NCBI GenBank assembly: GCA_016935355.1
Contig: JAFGRC010000018.1
Coordinates: 284-64,283, forward strand
Length of the DNA stretch: 64,000 bases
Reading direction: 5' to 3'
Source: Bacteroidales bacterium
GTDB lineage: Bacteria; Bacteroidota; Bacteroidia; Bacteroidales; UBA10428
The position numbers and the translations under genes were made by a program. The notes beneath the pieces are model-generated. The model had not been told where the DNA came from, searched no databases, and worked only from the letters and a program-made list of their open reading frames with translations. Shown here piece after piece: positions 47,616 to 56,581 of the stretch. Position 1 is the stretch's first letter. Every line of letters begins with the position of its first letter.

Positions 47616-50600
47616 TCAGGCAATATCCTTAAGCAGGCATAAATAGGCATCTTCCAGCAACGGATGCGCCTGCTGGGCATCCGGATGGGGTTTTTCCACG
47701 GAAATGCAGCGAACCTTGATCTTACTTCCTTCACGCATATGATGCACTATAAGCTGTTTGTTGGCAAAATCATCGAATTCCTTTACCGTCATACTAAAGG
47801 TCCATACAAATTTTTCACCAAGCTTCGCCATCCCTTTTGGTGTGCCTGTATACTTCAACACACCTTTGTTCAGCACTGCAACATTATTACAGGAACTTGA
47901 AATGTCCTCAATAATGTGCGTCGAGAATATTACGATCCTTTCGCGGCTCAGCTCTACCAGAAGGTTTCTGAACCGGATCCGTTCCCTTGGATCCAGTCCC
48001 GCTGTTGGTTCATCCACAACCAGAATGCGCGGGAGGTTCAGCAATATCTGTGCAATACCGATACGCTGCTTCATACCCCCGGAATAGGAACCGATTTTAT
48101 CGTCTTTCTTGTCATGCATATGAACCGACTTCAGCACGTAATCGATGCGGGCTTCCCGGGTTGACTTGTCCGTTATCCCCTTCAGTATGGACTGATAATC
48201 GAGATAATCCCATGCTGTCATGTTTTCATATGTCCCGAATGCCTGAGGCAGATAACCCATTAATCCCTGCAATTCTTCACGGTATTTCTGGGTATCAAGT
48301 CCGTTGATAAAAATCTTACCATAGCTCTGTTCGTAAATACCGCAAATGATCCGCATCAGGGTAGTCTTACCCGCCCCGTTGGGACCCAACAATCCGAACA
48401 TACCCGTCCCGATCATCATTGAGGCACCGTTAAGCGCCCTGAAAGGGACCTTCTGTTTACCGATGACGGGTATTTGCTTGATCATCCGTAAAAATCTGCG
48501 ACGCAGGATGCCAAAACGTCCTGTGATCCTTTCAATATTCACATTCTTTTCATACAGATATCTGGATGTTGTATAGATGATCAGACAGCATAGCCAGATC
48601 ACACCGACAAATATTACAACTCCCAGAGTATCCCAGCGTTTTGAAAAGATGTACAGGAATACAAGCGGGGTGCCCCACATGAGTATGTTTGTAATGATTT
48701 TGCTGATCCTGAGATAAACCTGATTGTCCTGCTCCCCGGCACGATTTGCCAGAACCGTCTTAAAGGGTTTCCATATTGCAAACTGGAGGAAATAAATGGC
48801 ATGGCATAAAACAAACATCCAGAAATTGCTATCGATAAAGATGAAAATAAAATATGCAATAAATCCGGTCAACGGAATCTGCCACATGAGATCATAAAAA
48901 TCACGCAGTTTGTCATATTTTTTCTCCAGGCCTGCACGCTTCCTGACCTGGATACCACCTTTCCACTCCCTTGTGAACCTGGAATCGCGATCATATACCT
49001 TTACAATTTTCCTGATGTTAATATTAATGGGATCGGTGTCTCCGATCAGTTTTGTACTGGCACGCCGCAGACTGGTCATGAGGAAATAAGTGACACCCGG
49101 TATCAGGATCAGCAAAAGGATAAAGTCGGCCAGCTGCCAGATAAAGGTATCCACTTTAAAATAAATGAACAGAATGCCGATAACAAAAATTACCGCGTGG
49201 ATCGTTTTAATTTTCCAGTTCAGTGATTTCATCCACTTCAGTGCATTCTCCAGACCAAAATACATGGTGGGAATGAAAATAAGGGTCAGCAGTGTACTGA
49301 CCGCCAGTCCACCAATGACGGTTATTGCAAAAGGTGCACCGATGATGGAAACATATCCCCCCTGTCCCATGGCAAGCGGAAACATTGCAACGATGGTGGT
49401 TATTGCAGTAATTAAAATGGGACGGACACGGGAAATCCCTGCAGTGATTAATGCCCTGGAATGACCGTAACCACGTTTGCGCAGAATGTTCGTATAATCG
49501 ATCAGGATGATGCCGTTGTTTACCACAACACCCAGCAGAATTAAAAATCCCGTAATGGTATTGGCATTGAGTATGCTGTTATTGGTAAAGATCAGGGCCA
49601 GAAATGAACCAATGGCCGCCATGGGTATTGAAAACAATATCACGAACGGAGTCATGAGCGATTCGAAAACAGAAGCCAGTATCATAAAGATAAAAACCAG
49701 TGCAGCGATGATCAGAACATAGTATTCGCTGAACAAATCCTCTTCGTGAATAACTTCAATGGCTACACCGGCAGGAAGGTTATAAGCTGCCACGATCTGG
49801 TCGATCTCGAGACGGTAAGCTTCGAGTATATCATTCGATTCCTCGGCCTCTTCTTCAAAGCGGTAAGTCACTTCAATCTGTTTTTCCTGGTTTTCCCGGG
49901 TTATATTTGACATTCCTTCCGCATAATAAATGTCGGCCAGATCCTGAAGCATATAGTAGCCCGTATTGTCGTTACCGATTTGCAGGGTCTGCAATTCAAA
50001 AAGGGTCTTTTCATCCTCTTCATCTTCATCTTCATCCGCATCCTTTTCCTTGATCGTGATGTCATATTCCTCATCACCCTGCTTAAATGTCACACCTGCT
50101 GTAAATTCGCTTGAAAAAGAATTCAGTTCACTGGAAATATCATTTAAGGCCAGCCCGTATTCCGTAAGCAATAGCTGATTGAATTCCATGTGCACTTCCG
50201 GCCGGTTTGTTGATACCGTGGTGCTGACACTCCTGATTGATTCCAGGTCCTCCAGATAATACTCCAGATCTTCGGCAACTCCCTGCATCACATCAAAATC
50301 CTCACCCTTGATAACGATCCGCTCCTGGTTCGTTCCGATTCCCACGAAACTGCTGAAATTGCTGCTCATGCCGCTTCCCCCTATGGCAGTCATTGCACTT
50401 CCGCCCCCTGAAGATGATTCCGTAAGGCTTATTCCCCCGCTTCCGATCCTTCTTCCAAGTTCTTCTTCAACAGCAGACTTGATTTCAGCCATATTGCGTC
50501 TGGCAATATCCTGGTAATCTTCCTTTAACGCCACGGTTACCGTAGCTTCTTCTTCCTCGACCCTGGTAACGATTTCTTTCTTTTCCTCGAGATCTTCCAG

Positions 50601-52340
50601 TCTGGATTCCACTTCGCGTACGATGGCATCGGTTGATTCCAGCGTTGCTCCCGTCGGCATGCTAATATAAACATCAAATTGTTCTTCTTCCACTTCAGAC
50701 AAATTGCTCACACTAAGGGCAAGAACAACCAGTATGGTGATAAAAAATACAACAAGTGCACCGATAATTGTACCTGCAGGATTTCTGAGACTTTGTTTCA
50801 GCAGAAGTACATAAATCTGAATGACCCGGTTATTGGTGGTGACTTTTTCATAGAAAATATTATGCGCTTTCCTTCTTCTCAGAAGAAGATGGCTTCCCAT
50901 TGGAATCAGCAAAAGTGCTACGAACAAAGACATGCTTATCGTGGAAATCACGGAAACACCGACATTATTTCCTATGAGCCTTACATTATCATCGGAGGCA
51001 AAAATAAAAGGGAGAAATACAGTAATGGTTGTAAGGGTTGCTGCAAGAATGGACCTCCATACTTCCTTAGCGCCCTGCGTAACAGCTTTTTCCGGATCAA
51101 ACCCGTTTCCGGATAACCTGTAGATATTTTCCATTACCACAATACTGTTGTCCAGCAACATTCCAATTGCCATCGCCATACCGATCAATGTAAAACTGTT
51201 AATGCTTATTCCGAGGGCATAAAAGAAATTGAAAGCAGAAAATATGGAAACCGGAATGGCCAGCGCAACAAAAATGACAAGCCGCAGGTTCTTCAGGAAT
51301 ACCCACAGGATAAAAACCGCAAGCAATCCTCCGAAAAGGGCCAGTTGAATAATCTGATTGATATTGGTCTCCATGGTCTCCGCCGAATTCGACTGAACCA
51401 CTATTTCAACGTCTCTGGATTTAAGCTTCTGGTTGAGGACTTCAATCTGCTCCAAAGTACGGTGCGAAAGGTCAATCAAATTGGACTGCGTGTCGCTGAT
51501 CAATGTGGCGGACACAGCATCCAGTCCGTTTACACGACTGTAGGAAGTGACTTCCTTTACGCCAAAGTATACATCGGCGACATCTTTAAGCAGTATAGGA
51601 CCTTCCTTCAGGACAATGTTTTCGATATCACCAACGCTTCCGTATTCGGCAGTCACGTGGACGAAATATCTTTTATCAGGTTCATGGACATGGCCCGTAA
51701 AAGTCCGGCTTTGGGCATATTGTCCGATTGCAGAACTGATTTGGGCAGGCGTGATGTTATATGCTTCACAGGCACCCATATCGAGAATTACCTCGACTGA
51801 TTTTTCCTGTCCACCGTAGACATTCACAGCTGCAATTCCGTCAATGTTCTCCAGCTGGTTCACAATTTCTTCATCGACAATGTTGCGGATGCGGTCGGTT
51901 CCGCCGGAGCCTCTGATCTGCAATTCCATGAAATCACTGGTCGTTTGCAGGGTATTAGCCTGTACAACCTGGACTGTGAAATTTTCATCAAGGTTCTGCC
52001 TGATCTGATTGATCCTTTCCTCAAGTTTAAGATATGCCAGCTGGGTATTGATATCACTTTTGAAACTTACGGTTACAGTGGCCTGACGGTTGGTGATCTG
52101 GGATGAAATGTTTTCCACACCATCGAGGGTTCCTATTGCACCTTCAACTGGAATAACCGCTTGATTTTCAAGATAATTAGGCTCGACTTCCATTCTGGAG
52201 CTGATCTGGACGAAAAGCGTCTGCAGTTCCAAAGAGGGCATTAACTCGACTGACAGTTGTCTATAGGATATGTATCCGAGAACGGACAGGCCAATAAACA
52301 ACATGCTTATAAAAATCTTTCTATGTAAAATGAATTTCAT
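47616..52340 (-). CDS. Fusion protein: complete RND (AcrB-like) permease + ~260-aa multi-TM linker + ABC transporter ATP-binding domain
   Basis: Single uninterrupted 1574-aa ORF.
- aa 1-~1035 form a full 12-TM RND layout (TM4 GMLLDNSIVVMEN, TM10 GVVVNNGIILIDY, RVRPILIT).
- aa ~1040-1297 contain about six further hydrophobic segments.
- aa ~1298-1574 form a complete NBD: Walker A GPNGAGKT (nt 48363-48386), signature SGGMKQR, Walker B ILVVDEP, and H-loop STH. Confidence 0.85.
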   Translation of the reverse strand: MKFILHRKIFISMLFIGLSVLGYISYRQLSVELMPSLELQTLFVQISSRMEVEPNYLENQAVIPVEGAIGTLDGVENISSQITNRQATVTVSFKSDINTQLAYLKLEERINQIRQNLDENFTVQVVQANTLQTTSDFMELQIRGSGGTDRIRNIVDEEIVNQLENIDGIAAVNVYGGQEKSVEVILDMGACEAYNITPAQISSAIGQYAQSRTFTGHVHEPDKRYFVHVTAEYGSVGDIENIVLKEGPILLKDVADVYFGVKEVTSYSRVNGLDAVSATLISDTQSNLIDLSHRTLEQIEVLNQKLKSRDVEIVVQSNSAETMETNINQIIQLALFGGLLAVFILWVFLKNLRLVIFVALAIPVSIFSAFNFFYALGISINSFTLIGMAMAIGMLLDNSIVVMENIYRLSGNGFDPEKAVTQGAKEVWRSILAATLTTITVFLPFIFASDDNVRLIGNNVGVSVISTISMSLFVALLLIPMGSHLLLRRRKAHNIFYEKVTTNNRVIQIYVLLLKQSLRNPAGTIIGALVVFFITILVVLALSVSNLSEVEEEQFDVYISMPTGATLESTDAIVREVESRLEDLEEKKEIVTRVEEEEATVTVALKEDYQDIARRNMAEIKSAVEEELGRRIGSGGISLTESSSGGGSAMTAIGGSGMSSNFSSFVGIGTNQERIVIKGEDFDVMQGVAEDLEYYLEDLESIRSVSTTVSTNRPEVHMEFNQLLLTEYGLALNDISSELNSFSSEFTAGVTFKQGDEEYDITIKEKDADEDEDEEDEKTLFELQTLQIGNDNTGYYMLQDLADIYYAEGMSNITRENQEKQIEVTYRFEEEAEESNDILEAYRLEIDQIVAAYNLPAGVAIEVIHEEDLFSEYYVLIIAALVFIFMILASVFESLMTPFVILFSIPMAAIGSFLALIFTNNSILNANTITGFLILLGVVVNNGIILIDYTNILRKRGYGHSRALITAGISRVRPILITAITTIVAMFPLAMGQGGYVSIIGAPFAITVIGGLAVSTLLTLIFIPTMYFGLENALKWMKSLNWKIKTIHAVIFVIGILFIYFKVDTFIWQLADFILLLILIPGVTYFLMTSLRRASTKLIGDTDPININIRKIVKVYDRDSRFTREWKGGIQVRKRAGLEKKYDKLRDFYDLMWQIPLTGFIAYFIFIFIDSNFWMFVLCHAIYFLQFAIWKPFKTVLANRAGEQDNQVYLRISKIITNILMWGTPLVFLYIFSKRWDTLGVVIFVGVIWLCCLIIYTTSRYLYEKNVNIERITGRFGILRRRFLRMIKQIPVIGKQKVPFRALNGASMMIGTGMFGLLGPNGAGKTTLMRIICGIYEQSYGKIFINGLDTQKYREELQGLMGYLPQAFGTYENMTAWDYLDYQSILKGITDKSTREARIDYVLKSVHMHDKKDDKIGSYSGGMKQRIGIAQILLNLPRILVVDEPTAGLDPRERIRFRNLLVELSRERIVIFSTHIIEDISSSCNNVAVLNKGVLKYTGTPKGMAKLGEKFVWTFSMTVKEFDDFANKQLIVHHMREGSKIKVRCISVEKPHPDAQQAHPLLEDAYLCLLKDIA

Positions 52341-52375
52341 GAGATCACTACTGTTAAAATGATTACAATCCCTGT

Positions 52376-55300
52376 TTATGCCTCCGCGGATGACGTCTTT
52401 CCTCTCAGTCTGTCCAGTACGTCATATACACACGGTATGACAACCAGCGTCAGCAGGGTTGATGTCACCAACCCGCCTATCACGGCAAGAGCCATAGGTG
52501 AGCGTAATGCAACACTCTCCCCGAAACCGAAAGTCAACGGCAGCAATGCCAGAATTGTGGTCAGGCTGGTCATGATGATCGGTCTGATCCTTTGCTGACC
52601 TGCCATAATAATGGCATCCTTCCGGTTCATCCCTTCCCTTAGCAATTGATTGATCCTGTCCACCAGTATAATGGAATTGTTAACAGCAATACCGACCAGC
52701 AGGATGATTCCGATCAATGCCATAATGTTGAAAGTCTTGCCCAACAATAAGAAAACGAGAATGCTTCCAACCACGGCAAGCGGAATTGTTAAGATAATTG
52801 TGAAAGGATGGATCAGTGATTCAAACTGCGCTGCAAGTACCATATACACCAGGACCAGTGCCAATATTAATGCAAACCTCAGATTCAGCATCGATTCTTC
52901 CCGCATTTCCTCCTCTCCGGTGACCAGAATCCTGTAATCTGCAGGCAGGTAAATACCGTCCAGATTTTCCCGCACTTTATCAGCAATCTTATTGAGCGAT
53001 GTGTTGTTTGCAATTTCTGCCGTAACCCTGCCAATCCTGGTTTGGTTGGTATGCCGCACTTCTTTCGGTGATACAGAATAACTGATCGTTGCTATTTCGT
53101 CCAGCCTGTATGTCTGGTCACCCGAAGTAATCGTAAGTTCATTTATCTCATTGAGCGTCCGTTCCGGAAGTTCAATCGTGATATCGTTCATTTCCCCTTC
53201 ATATTCAACTTCACCTGCATTCTGTCCCTCAAGCTGGTTCTGAATCTGGGTAATGATGTTGCTCGGATTGAGCCCGAAAATGCCTGCACGGTACTGATCA
53301 ATGACCACTTCAACTTCCGGTGCCCCTGCCTCAATGGATGACTGAAGATCATAAAGATCTTCCATGTTGGCCATACGGGCCTTAACCTCTTCAGTGATCA
53401 GTTCAATCTGATCCAGTTCCTCACCCCGTACTTCAACAACCACAGGTGATCCGCCAGTGCCCAGGATCGTATTCAAAGCCGTCTGTTCCTGGGAAAATGT
53501 TATTTCCAGACCGGGTACACTGTCTGTTAACTGTGTAATAACCGATATGAGGTCGTTCGTTGTCCGTTTTGAGTCTTTGTTCAGCGCAATACGGATCTCA
53601 CTGGTGTTTTCTCCTTCAAATACGGATTCCAGATTCGTAGAAATGCTGGTTTCAGGTCCTACATGACTGTAAATCAAATCAATTTCGTCACCGAAATAAC
53701 TGTTCACGATTGAAACGATGTTTTGAGTTGTCGATTCAGTCCGGAACAACTTGGTTCCCTCCTGCAGTTTCAAATTTACGGTAAGTTCCCTGGATTCCGT
53801 CCTGGGCATAAATTCTGTACCAATGACCGGTACAAGTGCCAGTGATCCGGCTACAAGTATGGTGGCAGTTATGATCACCAGAGCTTTTCTATCAAGGACT
53901 TTCTTTAGGAAGTTACCGTAACCGGTAAATTTGATCGATCTCTTCACAGTAGGAACAGGTCGCTTCAAATAAAACCGGTGGTATAACATGGGTATTACAA
54001 ATATTGCCACAAAAAGTGAAGAAATCAGTGAAAATGCGACAGTCCATGCTTCATCCTTAAACAATTCCCCGGATGCCCCTTCAAGATATATGATGGGAAG
54101 AAAGACCACAATGGTTGTGATGGTGGATGCTGTTATCGCCCCGGCTACCTGTGAGGTACCGACTACTGCAGATTCTTTCAGTGACATGCCGCTTTCGTGA
54201 TTCCTGAATATGTTTTCCAGTACCACTATTGCATTATCCACCAGCATACCTGCCCCAAGGGCCAGTCCTCCCAATGTCATGATATTAATGGTAAGGTCAT
54301 TAAAATACATCAGATTGAAGGTTGCTATGATGGATATCGGAATGGCGGCACTGACAATCAATGTGGATTCAATCCGCTTGAGAAACAGGAACAATACGAA
54401 AACTGCAAGCAATATGCCAATCAGGGCTGTATTCATAACCTCCCTGATGGCGGCACTGATAAACCTGCCCTGATCACTTACAAATATCAGCTCATAACCC
54501 GGCAGGGCCCTTCCCAGGTTTACAAGCGCGTCATTAACCTCATCAACTGCCTTGATGGTATTGTATTTTGTTTCTTTATAGATTGACAGACCTATGCATC
54601 GCTGACCATTTATCGTTACGATATTGGCCGGTTCCTTGTTTGCAAATGATATTGTAGCAACATCTTTAAGATAAATTGGCGCCCGGCCGATCACTCTTAA
54701 TCCGGCAGTTTCAGATACCACCGGTTCATATCCGACGATCAGGTTTTCAAAATCCGAGATACTGGTTAACATTGAAACACCTTTTACCACATACTGCATA
54801 CCCATTTCAGTGATGCTGCCGCCTGAAATATTCCGGTTAAAGTTTTGCAACTGCTGACTCAACACGTCGACAGTAAGTCTGAACGACTGCAGCCTGTAAG
54901 GATCTGTTTTAACAAGGACTTCCCGCTTCTCCTGGCCGGATAATTCAACTTCAGCAATACCGTCAAGCCGCACAAGCTCATTCCTGATATAATTTTCAGC
55001 AACTTTTCTCAGCTCATTCATATCGGTGATCTCCGGATGTGTGAGTCCGATGATCATCACAGGATCTGCATTGGGATCATACTGCATGATCTGCATTTCA
55101 TCAATATCCTGATTTTGTGTAAATGAGTTCAGGGCTTTCTGCAGGTCCAGGAACGCTTCGTCCATGTCCTTTTTCCATTTGTACTCAATAATGATCTGTG
55201 CGGTCCCGATCCTGGATACTGACGTAACCTGAACGACATCTTTCTGTCTGATGGCTGTTGCCTCGATGTCATCAACAAACCGTTCTTCCATTTCTTCAGG

Positions 55301-55468
55301 GGGCCGTTCGCCCGACTGGATCTCCACATATATCCGTGGTGAATTCAGATCCGGAAACAAATCAATGCCCAGTTTACCAAATGAGATAAATCCAAGCAGG
55401 ACAATTGCAAGAACAATCATGAGAATCGTAACCGGATAATTGATGGAAAATTGCGTTAATTTATTCAT
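52376..55468 (-). CDS. RND efflux permease (AcrB-like), paralog 1 of the composite operon
   Basis: 1030 aa with a 12-TM RND layout. TM4 is GMLVDNAIVVLEN, TM10 is GIAVNNSIILVDR, and the RIRPIIMT motif is present. Confidence 0.95.
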   Translation of the reverse strand: MNKLTQFSINYPVTILMIVLAIVLLGFISFGKLGIDLFPDLNSPRIYVEIQSGERPPEEMEERFVDDIEATAIRQKDVVQVTSVSRIGTAQIIIEYKWKKDMDEAFLDLQKALNSFTQNQDIDEMQIMQYDPNADPVMIIGLTHPEITDMNELRKVAENYIRNELVRLDGIAEVELSGQEKREVLVKTDPYRLQSFRLTVDVLSQQLQNFNRNISGGSITEMGMQYVVKGVSMLTSISDFENLIVGYEPVVSETAGLRVIGRAPIYLKDVATISFANKEPANIVTINGQRCIGLSIYKETKYNTIKAVDEVNDALVNLGRALPGYELIFVSDQGRFISAAIREVMNTALIGILLAVFVLFLFLKRIESTLIVSAAIPISIIATFNLMYFNDLTINIMTLGGLALGAGMLVDNAIVVLENIFRNHESGMSLKESAVVGTSQVAGAITASTITTIVVFLPIIYLEGASGELFKDEAWTVAFSLISSLFVAIFVIPMLYHRFYLKRPVPTVKRSIKFTGYGNFLKKVLDRKALVIITATILVAGSLALVPVIGTEFMPRTESRELTVNLKLQEGTKLFRTESTTQNIVSIVNSYFGDEIDLIYSHVGPETSISTNLESVFEGENTSEIRIALNKDSKRTTNDLISVITQLTDSVPGLEITFSQEQTALNTILGTGGSPVVVEVRGEELDQIELITEEVKARMANMEDLYDLQSSIEAGAPEVEVVIDQYRAGIFGLNPSNIITQIQNQLEGQNAGEVEYEGEMNDITIELPERTLNEINELTITSGDQTYRLDEIATISYSVSPKEVRHTNQTRIGRVTAEIANNTSLNKIADKVRENLDGIYLPADYRILVTGEEEMREESMLNLRFALILALVLVYMVLAAQFESLIHPFTIILTIPLAVVGSILVFLLLGKTFNIMALIGIILLVGIAVNNSIILVDRINQLLREGMNRKDAIIMAGQQRIRPIIMTSLTTILALLPLTFGFGESVALRSPMALAVIGGLVTSTLLTLVVIPCVYDVLDRLRGKTSSAEA

Positions 55469-55506
55469 TACTAAGGATTCCTGTTAAATTGTAAAAGACA
55501 TAATAT

Positions 55507-56562
55507 TTATCGGACAACATTTACCCTTGATCCGTTGCGCAGGGTCTCATAGCCACTGGTCACCAGCTGATCGTTTACGGTCAGTCCGGATACCACTTCC
55601 ACCTGTTCGGCATTTTCAATACCGGTTTCAATTCTCCTTTCCCTGGCTGCATTTCTGTCAACCACAAAAACTGTCCTGCCCCTTGTACCGGAAATAATCA
55701 CATCTTTGGGTATGACAATCACACTGTCTTTTTGAGTAACAACGATATCGGCCTTTACGAACATGCCGGGACGCAATTTTAATTCCGGGTTATCAATCAG
55801 CAGTTTTCCCTGGAATGTCCTTGTTTCGCTGCTTACAACAGGAGATAGCTCATTCACGGTACCAACAATGGTATCATCCGGAATGTTGTAATTGGTAATC
55901 CATACTTCCTGTCCGATCTTTACTTCAGAAAGGTTCTTTTCCGGAAGGTTGATCCCCATATACATATCGCTGTAATTCATAATGGTGGCCATCAGGCTTC
56001 CTGAAGAGACTGCAATGTTCTGTGTATAAAAGGGAAGTTCCACGATCACCCCGTCAAAAGGTGCCGTTATGTTCATCTTTTCCAGCTGTATGAGCGCAGT
56101 TTCATAGCTGTACTTCGCGCTGGTCATTGAAACTTCAGCATCACGCAATTCACGAAGCGTTACACCGCCCTTTTCATAAAGTGATTCCTGTTTCTGATAC
56201 TCCTGCTCGGATAGCTCAAGCTGAAGTTTTTTTGATTCAATGGCAATACCATTTTCGTATTCTTCATTTTCCAGACGGATGATAACCTGTCCCTTTCGTA
56301 CCTGGTCGCCAAGTTTGAAAGGCCTGCCTGTCGCCGGATTCGTTCTGAGATTGTACCTGCCTAACGTTTCCGAATTCATAATCGCTTCATTGATCGCGTA
56401 CACGGTACCGGAAGTATTGATGAATTTTCGGATGGTCAGTGGTTTGATATCCGTTACGGAGACCGGGCTCGACAATTCAGTTTCCACATTCTGAGTCTGG
56501 CTGCTGCAGCCAATCAAAGTCCCTATGGTCAATAAAAACAATAAAGTTCTAATCGGTTTCAT
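55507..56562 (-). CDS. Efflux periplasmic adaptor subunit (MFP/HlyD family), lipoprotein
   Basis: Lipobox (TLIGCSS), MFP-like hairpin and barrel segments, and a position between the TolC and RND genes. Confidence 0.9.
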   Translation of the reverse strand: MKPIRTLLFLLTIGTLIGCSSQTQNVETELSSPVSVTDIKPLTIRKFINTSGTVYAINEAIMNSETLGRYNLRTNPATGRPFKLGDQVRKGQVIIRLENEEYENGIAIESKKLQLELSEQEYQKQESLYEKGGVTLRELRDAEVSMTSAKYSYETALIQLEKMNITAPFDGVIVELPFYTQNIAVSSGSLMATIMNYSDMYMGINLPEKNLSEVKIGQEVWITNYNIPDDTIVGTVNELSPVVSSETRTFQGKLLIDNPELKLRPGMFVKADIVVTQKDSVIVIPKDVIISGTRGRTVFVVDRNAARERRIETGIENAEQVEVVSGLTVNDQLVTSGYETLRNGSRVNVVR

Positions 56563-56581
56563 GTTAAATTATTTTCAGTGA

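Noticed and set aside
47616-52340. The possibility that the RND::ABC fusion is an artefact of a missed stop codon or a single-base sequencing error between two adjacent genes.
   Set aside because: I cannot fully exclude this without reads. However, the modules are joined by about 260 codons of open, membrane-like sequence in one frame. That interval shows no stop-start junction or intergenic-looking AT-rich spacer. It is retained as a finding with a resequencing check.
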